Notes: generated by a model from the letters alone, not told the origin. DNA of 64,000 nucleotides from Eledone cirrhosa (GCA_964016885.1 OZ024743.1:351602001-351666000); one strand, 5' to 3'; positions 11,200-24,945 are shown, counted from the first letter of the stretch. Made by a program: numbers and translations.

Positions 11200-14100
11200 A
11201 TTGTATTTAACTAATGTATTGGTACGCGATGGGGCCCACCCACAGCCCCGGAGGACAGAATGGAGAAGGCGTTTCCCCAGAGGACGGCAAGGGAGACGCA
11301 CTGGAAAAGCGACTCCAACTCGCGGGGCTCACACCTACGGCTGGCCAGCTCAGCGCCTATGGTGGTGAGTAAGGAGGTAGCCCTGGGGCCGAGGACACCA
11401 GAAATTTCCACTGCCAGGGGAACGACCGCAAACCTGTCGGGAGCGACCGGTATTTGAGGAGTTTGGCCCCTTCATCCCGACGTGCAGCAGAACCTGGGTC
11501 AGTCGCAGACTGCACAAGTTGCGGCTGCAGAAAGTGTCGGTGCAAGTGGCATCCCAGACGAGGGGTTTTCCACCGCGGAACGGGAAGATGGTCATGCCAT
11601 CTGGCTTTTTGCCGTCCCCTCGATCCATCCCCACCGGCTCGAGCTGGGAAGGGAAGCCTGCAGCGTTCAAGCCATGCTTAATGACCTCGTTGAGGGTAGT
11701 ATGGTGCGGAACTGGGGCGACAGGAAAGCGGGTGGAGGCCGAAAGAGTCCACGGTGGAACCGCAGCGATATTGGTGTGGCTGGCAGATCCGGAGGCCGAG
11801 CCTCAGGGAAACGCCAATTCGCAGCCTATGGTTGTCTAGCTGCGTGCCAGTGGAGAAGGAGGGCAGAGCATGGAGCCAGGCACCACTGTGGGGTTTGGAG
11901 GCCGCACGAAAACAAGCAAGGCGGTGCTGGTCGAGCTGGCGCGTCAGCCTGTCTGAGGCCAGGCTGCACTGGATGGCATCCCAAGTGCGTTGGGGGGGAT
12001 TTGACGTCAACAGGGGGAGAAGGAGGAGGGAAGTCTACTGGGCTAAGTCCCAGCCGGTCCCACGTCTCACAGGCGGCCTCACGTTCTCTGAACACAGAGG
12101 GTTCTGTTGTGTTTTGAAGAACCCTGCTGACGAGGACGCGGCACGAGGTTACCGACGATACGCCGGCAAAGCTAGTGAGATCGGGGTCCGGAAGCCTAGG
12201 CCGCCATACCTAACCGGTAAAGTGGCCTGTTGCCACCCTATGTCGTCAAACTTGACGTTGCATATCCCCTCGGCTGCTGCTCGGATACAAGTATCGAGGT
12301 CAGCGAGGAGAGATATCTGGATGTAGCATGGAGCGCTGCGGAGTGTATAGAGGAGCTTCGGCATGGCGAAGCAGTTCCTCAGCAGAAAGAGAGCTGGGTG
12401 GCCGTCAATCAAGCCCAGTCGGCTCGTGAGAGTCTGGAGCTGTTGAAACCTGATGGACAGGGCAGGAATCACCGATTGAAGGTCTTGGCAGACCGTCCGT
12501 ACGGGCCCGCCCAACGTAGCATCATCCAGATACCAAACGTTGAGAGGGGCCGTGATACTCCGGGCGATGTGGTCAATACCAAGGGCGAACAGGAGGGGTC
12601 CCAAAGGGTCGCCCTGTTGAACCCCAGTAGCCGAGGGTATGACCGTATCAGCAGCTAGGAGCATGCTCGGGGCTCCATATGACAGGTAGGCCAGCGGGTA
12701 GGCAGAGGGGGCTCGGCTGAGGCAGGCCTCGAGCAGATGATCCCGGCGTAAAGAGTTAAAGGCATTCCTCATGTCAAGCTTGACAATGAGGTGCCTGGAT
12801 GTCGGTACCGATGGCCAGCTGCTGAAGAACTGCCTGATTGCATGAGAGGCTCCCTCACAGCCATCGGACACGCCGACACCCAGCTGCACCGGACTAAAGT
12901 CCTCACCCAGTTCGTATGTGACGGACTTGCAGATCACCTTGGCAGCCAGCCTCCGAAAGACATTGCCCACAGCAATGGGGCGTATTCCACCCTCTTTCTT
13001 CCTGAGAGCGGTGCGGCTGGCCGAAAAAAAGAGGCCTCGGGCGTAAGGGTCGAGGGCACCATGAATGAGCCTATTGGTGAGCGCCACAATTGCACTCAGA
13101 AGGCGGCGCCCGGTCTCAGCGGAGAGGGGGGATGTCAACTCCTTGAGGTGTCCTGGTCGGAGACCATCAACACCTCCGCAGCTGCTAGCTGGGAAGGACC
13201 TGATGGCGGACATGATATCTGCATCAGTAGCCACAAGGAGCAGGTGGGGTATGGGTCTGAGATCAGTGGGTGGCTCAGGGTGTTTGAGCCGCAAAGCAGC
13301 CAGGATCTCCTCGGTGCGTTGGAGGACAGTGTCCTCTGAGGCAACAACTCTGACTGCGGCCGAGACATCACCCATGATAAGCTTTGCGTTTACCTGGTCA
13401 CGCAAACGCTTGGCGCTGGCCTCGGGGTGGAGGATAGGGGGTACCTGAGGGTGGGGTGTGTGGCGTCTCTGGGCACGCTTGGAATGTGCGCTCGCCCAAA
13501 TGACGAGACATTGGCCTTGACGAAGGTTGCTGTTGACCAGCCTCCCGGTCAGCGCCAGAGCTGGGGAGGCCGAGGGCGAGTGGGGCAAAATAGAACAGGC
13601 GCTCCCAGTCACTGGCTCGATTGGAGTCCAGGGCGCTCTCAGTCGAGGAAGCGAGGGCATCGGCTACCGGCACTCGTGCCGCTCTCGGGATCCTGAGTGG
13701 TATCTTCCGGAGCCGCCTGAGCCGAGCGATGTTAACCAGCGAATCTCTGGCGTCAGGTAAGCTCGCTGTCCCATCTGGTGGTGTGCCAGACGGCCGTGGC
13801 TGGGAAGACGTGGGGAAGAGGCAGCTCCTGCACCTCCACGCTGCGAGGGCATTGGAAGCTCGACGAATCAAGCCAACGCAGGTGAGGTGGTGGAAACAGC
13901 CGCACCCCAAACAGTTCCGGCCCCTCTTCCATTTGTTAGTGGTGCCGCAAGTGTTGCAGGTGTCGATTTGGAGGGGTGGGGGATGGGGCGTGGTGCACCG
14001 AGCGGCATCAGGGGTGGGTGGCTGGTGTGTGTGGTTGGAAGGGAAAGTGCTGGTAAGAGGGCAACATAGCTCACCTATATATATGGAGGTGCCAGAAAAC

Positions 14101-14290
14101 GAGAGCGAAAAGGGGATGCATGGAGGGGGAGCCACAGGAAGGTAGAATGGCAGGAAATGAATGAGTGAATGGATGGATGTACACAAAAAGAAGAAGAAAA
14201 ATTGGAGAGGGGGGGGGACAATCGGTTGTTCCCAGCGGAAAGATCCAGAGTTCAGCACGCACACATGCGAGCAACTGAGCAGTTTGTCAA
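11200..14290 (-). mobile_element. CRE-clade non-LTR retrotransposon, near full length, frameshifted
   Basis: RT with GIRPIAVG, DMRNAFN, QQGDPLGP and YLDD (12149-13660). SGAWLHALP and a zinc-knuckle remnant (11678-12010). RLE KPDG...WDATC (11350-11670). N-terminal Cys-rich finger. Confidence 0.88.
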
Positions 14291-15612
14291 AGACGATATT
14301 CTCAATGGACGCGCTTACAATATTTTAATATAACTGAACCGTCGTGTCATTTAATTTGAAAATTGAAGCAAAGTAAAAGGAAAATAGTGAATTTAGAATA
14401 AATACATTACAAAATTTAAAAACGTTATTCTACTGTAAATGTATACAATTGTAATAAATAAAATACCTAGTGAAATAAGCAACGAACTCAGACTCGGTTG
14501 TCCGACACGCCGAAAATCTCAAACTGATTAAATACTGGTCGTTCTCCGTTGGGTTAGAGATGGCCCTTCGCAAAAACGTGTCCCACGAGGTGGACGGTTT
14601 CTTTAGACGCGTCTTCGCCGTCCTCCGAAAGAATGCATTCGCTATTCTGTCTGTCGTAACCATGAAGCAATAATTAACTTGAATGGGATTTTTACGAATG
14701 TTTTTAAATTGAAGTTAATAAAACATAAGAATTTGCTGTGAATATTTCGAAAAACGAATTAACGTTGAATGTGAAGTGAAGAAGGGTGCTTGTGTAAGTG
14801 TGTGTGGTTATATATTGTGTGTACATGTAAGTCTCTATGCTTGTGTGTGCACGCGAGCATGTGTATTTGCGTGTGTGTGGATGGGTGTGTGTGTGGGTGT
14901 GTGGGTGTGTGTGTTTATGCATGCAAGCACGTGTATTTGTGTGCGTATGTTTGGACGATAACTGTTTTAGTTAATTTCATTGAAAGGAATATGAATTTGA
15001 ATAGATTGAAACTTACCGAAGTTTAGAACTGATTTCCCAGTCTGAACGAAAGATATATTTGATATTACACAGAGTACTAACTTTCCATTTAGACTGGCGA
15101 GGAATATTTTTTTTCTCTTTGTAAATAAACACTGCTATTTAGTTACGTTCTCAGCTGATCACTGCACATTTGCATATGCTCCATTTCCATATATCTGATA
15201 TACTATACTGTGTCTTGCTTACTGGGGTGGGAGGGGGAAGGAATAGATATCTTTAATTATTCTGTTTGGTTAAGATTGACCTGGAACTAAACAAAAAAGA
15301 CTCTTAACTTGTGATGGAGTCATAGAGGCACTGTCCTAACACACGGCAGGTATTGGGTATTTTAAACCCAGGGACCCTATCACTCTAGATTTGAACACAG
15401 CTGATTCTTTCCAAAGATAGAGGGAGTAGATTCGACGCTAGTACACAAATGATGTTTTATTAATCGACCTCGAAAGAATGAAAGATAAAGTTAACTTTGG
15501 TAGAATTTGAACTCGGTGTGCAGAAAGCCGAAACAAATACCTAGGCATTTGTAATCTGACGCCCTTACTTCTCTGCAGACCTGCCAACCTCTAAAAACCC
15601 AAACGGTGGATA

Positions 15613-18600
15613 TGTAACGGAATAGTATGTGTGGTTGTAACGATAAGTGGATGGATGGATGTAACTGTTGGTATGGTGGTTTCGATGTAAAGAAAAATAC
15701 CAGGATTGTGTTGTTACAAAGTTTATTTTATTACAACAATATTCAATTTGAATATTGAATGATAAAATAATTGACACAAAATATTCATACAATAATTTGG
15801 TGGCTCTTCGAGCCACGTAAATTCAAGTATCACAGAATACGATTATAATATAATTTGTACTGTATCAGAAAGGTACAATATGTGTAAACAGAAATGGTGC
15901 GTGTATAAATACTGAACTCACTATGAATGCGTGTGTGCGTATCAGTATATTTACTTATTTGTATTGCAGGAGTCAGCGATCAGCCAGGAAGGTGAGAATA
16001 AGTGGCAGACTGGTTTTTCGTGACCAGAGCTTGTAAATGTGATTTGTCTTGTCTCTCGAGGCGTAAACAATCCCTGTATTTATAAGAGTTGGAGTTAGAA
16101 GGATAGATATATCCTCTGAACTTTGGTTAGTCTCCCAAGGGATTAGTTTGCCAAGCGTAAACAAGTCAGAAAGATTGATATATCCTCTCACCTATTTTCT
16201 GTCAGGCGTAAACACCTCTGACCTGTGTTTAGCCTCTCCCAAGGGGTTAGTCTCTTGAACGTAAACAAGTTACCACGGCTTGTCCCAGATGCGGGAAAGC
16301 TCAGATTCGGTTTCGAATCTTCGCCGCCGTTATAGTACCCCGCTTCCAGTGAGAAAGCTAAGATTGAACGATCTAGGTGCATGTGAAATGAAGATAGGTA
16401 TGACTAGGTGTGTTGTTGAAGAAAATCAGTAAAAATAAAAAACACATGAAAGTCATTTACAAACAGGAGAAATGAAAGAAAACATGCAAAGCAAAAGAAA
16501 TTTACACGCAGGAAAATGTACTGTAATGTTACATAAAATTGAAAATGTTCGTACGAAAAGTTTGTTGATTAAAAGTTCGTTCATTTCATAGGAACGGAAA
16601 AAATGTTCTTTTGTCTGTTCTTTTGTCTGTTCTTTTGTCTGTTCTTTTGATGTGAGTGATGCACAGAGTTAATTGATTTGTGTGTAGCAAATAGTTCATG
16701 ACCACAGAAATTGGCCGATTCGTTGAAATGTACAAATTAGCCGAAATGTCGATCAGATGCATAATTTGTACTTACCCGATAAACTTGTACGTATCGCATG
16801 GGCCATCGGACTGTTCTTCCAGATTTGGTGTGTCGGGGTTGTGCAGAATTTGTCGTGTTTGTGTCGGGCAAAGTTGTTGGTGAGTCTGCTGGAGAAACGG
16901 TGGGTACTGGTGGCAATTCCTGTTCTATGAACGCTTTTTTTAAACGATCAATGGAGTCGGTATTTCGTTTCCCGTTCAAGTCGAGGACGAAATACTTAGG
17001 GCGTTTCTGTATCACCTTATAGGGCCCGAAATACGGCGGACGAAGTTGCGATGGAATGCCGTCATTTCTAACGAAAACATGCGTCCATGTATCGATGTCT
17101 TTTGGTATGTGTGAAGTAACGTGCTGTTGTTTAGGGGCTGAAGGAGACAGATGCGACATCGATGACCATAAACGGTGCACATATTTTGTTGGGTTTGGAA
17201 GTTCTTGTGGCGAAACAGGAGCGATCATTTGTCCGGGTAGAGTGAGTACGGTGCCATACAACATTTCAGCTGGAGAATGTCCGACTCCTCCTTAACAGTG
17301 GAACGAATACCAAGAAGAATGAGTGGGAGGTATTCGAACCAGTTAGTGGTGTCTTCGTAAGCCTTGATAGATGATTTTAGCTGGCTGTGTAAGCGTTCTA
17401 CCATGCCGTTAGCGGCAGGGTGATACGCTGTTGTACGGATGTGTTTGCACCTGAGGAGACGAGTCAGCTCGGTAAATAGGTGCGAATCGAACTGACGTCC
17501 TCTATCCGTAGTGATGGTCGCGGGTGTGCCGAAACGCGAAACCCAGTGAAACACTAGCGTTTGGCGACAGTTTACGCAGTAAATCCGTCAGGGGAAAAGC
17601 TTCTGGCCAGCGAGAAAATCGGTCGACACAGGTGAGAAGATGAGTGTAGTTGTGAGAAGGAGGCAAAGGTCCAACGATGTCTATATGCACATATTGGAAC
17701 CGTGCATCAGGTGTTGCGAAAGAACCGATCGGGGCTTTGATGTGCCGGTGAATTTTCGCCTTCTGGCACGCGATACAGTTCCTAGCTCATTCGCGGGTGT
17801 CCTTGTTAATGTTGGGCCACACAAAGCGGGCAACCATCAGTTTCTGCGTGGCGCGGACGCCAGGATGTGCCAGAGAATGCAGTGCCGAGAAAACGTCGCG
17901 TCGATGTTTCCGTGGCACGTATGGGCGCTCGTGGCCTGTGGAGATGTCGCACCAAATATAACCCGAAGAAGAGGGCAGCGGGCATTCCTGCAATTTCAAG
18001 GATGATTTCCGGAGCTGCAGCAATTCCTCGTCATTCTGTTGATCCGCTGCAATCTTCTGGAGGTCGATAGTGGCAGTGATGTGGATTGCGTTAAGCTCCA
18101 TGCGCGATAGGGCATCAGCTGCTGAGTTGGTGGCACCCTTAATGTACCGAATATCAGTAGTGTATTGAGAAATGAAGTCCAGATGTCGGACCTCCCTGGG
18201 TGAGTGTCGGTCAGGCTTGGCGTTGAACGCGTACACTAGTGGTTTGTGGTCGGTGTATATAGAGAACACACGACCTTCTAGCATGTGTCGAAAATGCTTG
18301 ACAGCAAGGTATGTTGCCAATAATTCACGACTGAATGTGCTGTACTTAGTTTCGGCGGGTTTTAATCGCTTAGAGAAAAAAGATACAGGTCGCCAAATAT
18401 CGCCAGAGAGTTGTTGAAGCACACCTCCAACTCCGAAATCGGATGCATCAGTCAATAAACACATTGGGGCGTGAGGTTTGTGGTAACTCAGCATTGTAGC
18501 CTCGGACAACATTTTCTTCAACTCAGCGAAAGCGGTACATTCTTTTTCGCTGAGCTTGATATTTGCGTTTTTGGTTGTACGCTGCCGCAGCAAATCTGTG

Positions 18601-19870
18601 AGTGGTTGGACTGTCTCTGCACAGTGGGTATAAATCTTCTGTAGAAGTTTACCAGGCCAAGAAATTCTCGCAGTTTGCGGAGAGATGTAGGTTGTGGAAA
18701 ATCAATGATGGATTTGACTTTCTCCTTAAGTGGACGAATACCATCTTTGTCAATGATGTGTCCCTGAACTCACATTTGCTGGGGTTGATAACAATTCCGT
18801 ATTCACGCAAACGTGTGAATAGGAGATCCAGGTGTTTCTCATGTTCTTCATCGGAGCTGCTGGCCACCAGTAAGTCGCCAATGTATGCGTATACAAAAGG
18901 TAGACCTCTGGTGACTGTATCGATGAATCGATGGAATGTCTGCGCTGCATTTCGCAAACCGAAAAGCATACGCAGAAATTCGAACATTCCAAAGGGTGTT
19001 GTGACTGCGGTCTTTGGAATATCTGCGGGCTTAACGGGTATCTGATTGTAAGCTCGCACAAGATCGATCTTCGAAAATATGCGAGCCCCGTGCAGCAAGC
19101 TAGAGAAGTCCTGTAGATGAGGCACTGGATAAGAATCAGGAACGGTGCAGTTGTTCAGTGCACGGTAGTCGCCACAGATTCGCCAGTCGTTCGACGACTT
19201 CTTGGGTACACAGTGTATGGGTGAGGACCAGTTGCTGCTGGACGGACGTATGATGCCGAGATCCAGCATGTGCTGAAATTCTTGTTTGACGGACTTCAGC
19301 CGGTCTGGTGGTAGCCTTCTAGGTCGTGCAGCGACAGGTGGGCCGTTTGTTTTCATGTGGTGTGTGACGTCATGTTTTACAGGGCAAGCGTTGAATAGTG
19401 GTCGAGCTACGTCTGGGTATTTGTTGATGATGTGGTTGTGCCGGGTTGTTGTCGATCATGAAATGACTGGACTGACTGAGACTGTCCTAGCGGCTATGCC
19501 GCGCACAGCGAGACCAGTGGCGTTGTCAACGAGGCGTTGGTTTTTCAGGTCCACTATCAGCGAGAAGTGCTGAAGAAAATCAGCTCCTAAAATAGGGGTC
19601 GGCAGTTTAGCCACAACGAATACCCACTGGAAAGTGCGGCGTAGTCCCAAATTTAGTGTCAGGGACTGTTCTCCGTAGGTCGAAATATGTGAGTGATTCA
19701 CCGCCTGGAGCCAGGCTGGTGTCTCTCTCCTTTTTCCAGGAACGCAGAACACCGGGATGATGCTGACTTCAGCACCGGTGTCGACCAGGAAACGCGTGCC
19801 TGTGACGCGATCCTGAATGAAAAATAGGCGACTTTGGTTATGAGGGCCAGAAATGTCCGTCGCATTCAGT
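15613..19870 (-). mobile_element. Ty3/Gypsy retrotransposon 3' half (Gypsy-2): pol plus 3' LTR, gag and 5' LTR missing
   Basis: 3' LTR 15613-16334 preceded by purine tract GGAAGCGGGG on the minus strand. FLVDTGAEVS protease ~19780. RT with YIGD (mutated YIDD), RNase H TDASD, integrase HPG, HIDIVGP, GMVER and GPY in broken ORFs 16737-19752. Confidence 0.92.
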
Positions 19871-19879
19871 TTCTGGCTT

Positions 19880-21597
19880 TATACATCAACCGAGCATCTT
19901 TGTTATATTAATACACACCAGTACTTTGCTATAAGTGGTGACCCAGAAAAAAATAACGGAATCTGGTGTTGTGTGAGTAACATTTCGAATACGCAGCAAA
20001 TTTTATTAACAAACTAGGAAAATACGCAGACACAGAAACGAACACACGCACATGTGAAATTCTCGTTCAGACAGACTCTTTTTCTCTCACGCACGTGTCG
20101 TACATCAACTAAGTGACGCATTTCACTGGATGTATATATATGTTTTTCGTTTCTTCTTACAACGAACACTTTTAAAAAAAGAAAGAAATTTGATTTTTTT
20201 TTTTACACTTTTCAACATGAACTTTATTTTCGCTGAATCTCAACTATTGCTTATTCTTTCCGCCAAGCATTTTTCATCGTTCACAAAAAGTTGAACTCGC
20301 CATATTTGTTATACCAAGTGAAGCCTTTCTTTCTTTTTCATCATATTATCATGTTCACACACAAATTTTTCAAAATGGCTGCCAACGACCTGTTGCACTA
20401 TCATTTTCGCGCCCTTTTCTCGCGCAATAGAAATTTTTTTTTTTTTCTTTCAACTTAACCTTGTTTCGGCACGTGTAGGCAGCACACATCTTGACTTACT
20501 GAGATACCACACGCCATGGATAATGTTTCTCGCCAAGGATTCTCCAGCCTTAAGCTATATTCTCCTATTTGCCGGTTTAAAAATTTACCACGTAAATTTG
20601 CTGTTGAAAACTGCGCATTTATTCAGAATCCTTATTTCTTTGGTCGCTGGCCTCTTGACCCTTCCAGGTCAACGCATTCTCAACATCGACCATCAACTTC
20701 GGCTGTTATTTCTAGCACTTTTTTCTGGGAAAATTTTTACTGTGAATTTAAACATCGAATACGCTCACTCCGCGAGACAACAACATCAACAACACAGCTT
20801 CATCAACAACCAAAACCAGCAGAACAAGCCAGAGAATTTATTTTTGCAGCACTCTTCCTGTGAGTGGAAATTTCACGTTATACCACAGACCACAAACCAC
20901 CTACATTCATTCTTTGGAACACACTTTCTTTCCTGCTGTCATGTGATTGCACACATGTGAACTGTATTTTGAACATTTGAACTTTGACCTCTTCTTTTAC
21001 TTTGATTACATTGTATCTTTGAGTGACGGATATATAGATGTCCAGTCGTTTTCTGGCCAAGAGCGGTTGGCTACCTTGATATCTATCATTGATTTTTGCA
21101 TGCATATATTTTGCTGTTTTCCTTTTATTGCAAACATTATTTTTTTCGTAATTTTCATGCCTGTTACATGCTCGCCATCTTACTCCATATATGTTTCATT
21201 CGATTTTTATGTTTTAAAAATCTGGCGGGAGATAATGTAGCAAGAGTTGCCTCCCTTGTTGTGACGATCATATCAATAGATTAACGCTCTCTAGACAGGA
21301 AGTACCTGGAGTTACTTTCCGTTGGGGTGGCAGAACCCTTTTTGTCACTTCCATCTTGAGAACCTATAAAGGGAATAACTTTCAGCTCTCACTCTCCCTT
21401 TCGGCCAGGCCTGGCAACCCTAACATGGTCTCTTGCGAGCTAACTTCAAAACGGTAACTGATAACTTTGATTCATTCTTTCATCTATTCATTGACATGTC
21501 AACTATACTATTTTACATAACTGCAAATTGTTTATAAAAAATGTATACATCAACCTAACATCTTTGTTATATTAATACACACCAGTACTTTGTTATA
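19880..21597 (+). mobile_element. Second copy of non-autonomous LTR family N, 5' LTR truncated
   Basis: Last ~55 bp of the 5' LTR, PBS TGGTGACCC at ~19936, internal region homologous to 8830-10178, purine tract GGCGGGAGATAA, full 3' LTR 21236-21597. Confidence 0.88.
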
Positions 21598-22790
21598 GAT
21601 ACCATGAAAAAAATTGTCCCAAAACGGGGAGAAATGGGGCAAAATGGGGAGATTTTACATAATGAAAGCTATACCCATTTTCACAAGAGAAGACATCTCT
21701 CGCTCACTCCAAATTGGGTGGGAGATCTCCCCGGTGACGGAGAGAGTTGACAGGTATGACTGTCAATTCGTCACCATAAACAACAACAAACATGATTATA
21801 AAATTCCAGAGGATTTAATACATTATAGGCTTGTTTGTTTAATAGAAAAAAAGAAAGTTTGTTCACATTTGTGATTTGGATCACTTTTGCCACCAATAAT
21901 CTTCAAAACACAAACACACTAAAACATGACACAAAATGAAGCAAAACAAAAACAATTTCTAAACACAAACATACTGATATAACCTAGAAACAAGCCCCAA
22001 AGCACATTATTACTTGCCCAGCTCTACAATCAAGGAAACAAAAGGCAATCAGCTCTGTCCGGAGACAATTTTATCACGAAATAAAAAAAATGAGCTGTCC
22101 TATTAGAAAACGGTCGCAGGTGACAGATAGCGACATGGTCACAAGATATGATGGTTAATTGCGATATAAGAGGGCAGCTGCCATACGAATAAGCAACTCC
22201 GGATCAACAGCGGTAAACTACTAAGGGAGATGGAGCAATTGGTGACACCTTTATCTCAAAAGAAAACTTTTACAACCCAATGACGTAGCTATGGCAAAGC
22301 GAGTAAAGACCGTCTTTAAAAAAGTCTAGTCTTTGCAGGTCTGAGGAAAGTACCAGATTGGTAACTGTCGCGAATAAATCTGCCAAAACTGCAATATGGT
22401 GAGAAGTAACAAAAGAAATCATACCGCGTCGTCCTTCATGCGGGTTAACAAGGGACGTGTTTATGCCTTAGGTAGAGGGGCCTGTTCGAAAAATATTGTA
22501 GTGGAACTACGTCGCACCTCACAATAGCAACATTGTCATATGCAATCAGGTCAAACTGACCAATGGAAAGTTGCGTATGAATACATGGTCAATCTCACTC
22601 TCGCTCTCTGGTGAAAAACCTCAGACAGCACTCGAGAGACCAGACAGACCGAGCTGACCAGATGATACGGACACGTGAAGATTTATTGTAAAATGACTCC
22701 TACATTCCTTTCGACAAATAAAATTATATTTATAGAAGATTGAGCATTAAAGAGCTATTTATTTATATCCTGGAAGTCAGAAGCATTTAC

Positions 22791-22836
22791 TACCTTAATC
22801 GAAGAGTTGGTAACTACCAACTCTTCGATTAAGGTA
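22791..22836. repeat. Perfect 22-bp inverted repeat with 2-nt spacer
   Basis: TACCTTAATCGAAGAGTTGGTA-AC-TACCAACTCTTCGATTAAGGTA. Confidence 0.9.
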
Positions 22837-23579
22837 TTTTAATTATATCGCTTATAAATAAGATCCTTCGAAGACTGATAACATGCAATTGTAAAAGGAT
22901 ATAGATAAAATTTAACCCATCTTATCTATAATATATTGCAGCCTCAATTTCATGCTGTAAAAACTGGCGATAGGTCTGCGACCTGTCCAGGGAGGCATGG
23001 GATGGATGCACAATGATTGTGTATCGCGAGACTGCAAAGGGGGTTTGGAAGGGAAACGAAAAGGGGATTCCTCCGAAAGGTCCTTTGAGTAAGACTACTC
23101 GATAGAGTGCATAGCCCGGAGATCAGGGAGTCGTTCCAGGTAGAGCCGCTACTTCTCCAAATTGAGAGATCACAGTTCTGATATTACAGGCATGTGGTTA
23201 AAATGTCTAGACAGATTTTACGGGCAAAGCCAGCCGGCAGGAGATCCATGTGTAGACCCTGAGCAAAATGGTCAGATTACATCCATAAGCTCGGTTGGTC
23301 TCACTTGGGGATCCAGTCAGGTCAGTTAGAGACGAGACGGTTGCTGCTGACAAGACCTGCTGGAAGGAGTGTTTGAGGACTCTTCCCCCCTGACCCTCTC
23401 AAGAAGAAAAAAGGAAATCAGTAAAAAAACGAACAATATTTTAAGTTCCATACGAGATCTTTCCAAGTCAGGGTTGTTGAAGAAGTTTTATCAAGATTCA
23501 TTGAGCCCTAACATGTTAGAGTCGAATGAAATTGATATATATATATATGTGTGTGTGCTCTAGAAACCCTAATTACTGA

Positions 23580-23725
23580 CCTAACTTTCGAAGTTCTTGT
23601 CATCGTTGGCGGCTCGCCATACCAAGGTATGAGGCCCGTGAGGGAGCGTGATTGTTCCAGCACCTTAACCTCGCTGTCACCTGCGGTAATGCTGCCAGTG
23701 TGTTGGCTTGCTTAAAAAGGTATTA
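23580..23725 (+). mobile_element. Degenerate CRE-like 3' fragment
   Basis: gagggagcgtgattgttccagcaccttaacctcgctgtcacctgcggtaatgctgccagtgtgttggcttgctta, same motif as the other CRE ends. Confidence 0.55.
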
Positions 23726-23984
23726 GAGGGACACTCCGGCACACCTTGTGGTGTGTGATCGATTGACAGTGTTGACTTAATATTCTCTTTCGTTTTGATT
23801 CTATATTTCCATGTAAAATATTTATGTAATTAAGTAACAGAGAGAGAGATGTGTGTGTGTGATGATGATGATGATGATGATTGTTTGACAACTATGACAT
23901 TTCTGTTTGAAATTACAATCTATATAGTCAACATTTTTGTTTGGGGAAAAAATGTGAACTTTGCTATTATATATGACAAGAGTC

Positions 23985-24290
23985 GTAGGAGCGCCGTATT
24001 GACATACAGCGTTTCTTGGGCATTTTAAACCTGGTGGAGTCCATCCCTCTCCAGGCCAGAATACAGAAGATTTCTTCCAGAGAAAGATAGAAAGGGAGAG
24101 AGACGAAATGAGAGAGATATAGAGGGAGAATCAACCCCAGTACTAGACTGGTACTTTTTTTATCGACCTCGAAAGAATGAAAGACAAAGTTGACCTCGGC
24201 GGGATTTGAACTCAGAGAGCAGAGAGTCGGAACGAATACCATAAAGCATTCTATCCGACGTTCTAACGACTCTGCCAATTGGCCACCTTT
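23985..24290 (-). mobile_element. tRNA-derived SINE, left member of an inverted pair
   Basis: Reverse complement of gagttcaaatcccgccgaggtcaactttgtctttcattctttcgaggtcgataaaaaagtaccag plus a CT-rich tail. Confidence 0.75.
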
Positions 24291-24699
24291 TGCTATCATG
24301 TAATTTCATGTAAATCGTTTATTTCAATATAATAAAACCATTGATCATTTAAGGAATAAAATCAAAGTTTAACCATTCATTGTGTAACTAGAATTACATT
24401 CCCCAATATCTTCTTCATTTTGTGTTAAGTTAGTAGGTTCAGATTTGGCTACTATTTCTCACAGCTCTCTTATTGACTTGTGTCTGATTTTTTATTTGGT
24501 ATTGATATCAGGTTTCTTTCAGCAATCTATCAGTTGTGATATCTGTTGTTGTTCCCTATTGTTATTTTCTCTTACATTTGTGTGTTTTGAACTTTGCCTT
24601 ATATTTTGCTTTTACTATAAGTAAAGAATGCTCAAAACCAAACCTCCTGAAACTACTCTGGATTATATACGAAACTGCTCATTTTAAAATGTTTATACT

Positions 24700-24945
24700 T
24701 ACATTATGGTATTCATTCCGACTCACTGCTCTCTGAGTTCAAATCCCACCGAGGTCAACTTTGCCTTTAATCCTTTCGAGGTCGATAAAAAAGTACCAGT
24801 CTAGAACTGGGGTCGATTCTTCCTCTATATCTCTTTCTCATTTCCTCTCTCTCACGTTCTATCTTTCTCTGGAGGAAATCTGCTGGGGAGGGGTGGACTC
24901 TGCCAGGCTTAAAATGCCCAAGAAACTATGCCCCTACGACTATCA
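24700..24945 (+). mobile_element. tRNA-derived SINE, right member of an inverted pair
   Basis: Same core and tail as 23985-24290 in the opposite orientation. Confidence 0.75.

Larger units (their letters stand above)
15576..21758. mobile_element. Short TIR element (MITE-like) split by an LTR composite, halves 15576-15612 and 21598-21758
   Basis: Termini CAGACCTGCCAAC ... GTTGACAGGTATG are imperfect inverted repeats. The element itself sits inside a minus-strand SINE (~15430-15575, ~21759-21780). Confidence 0.6.

Noticed and set aside
11482-14145. Long + strand ORFs opposite the CRE element
   Set aside because: Shadow ORFs of a GC-rich coding strand with no motifs.
14430-14663. Short ORF, possible DNA transposase fragment
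   Set aside because: No identifiable catalytic motif.
21990-22700. Coding-like stretch, possible integrase or recombinase remnant
   Set aside because: No frame gave a convincing motif.
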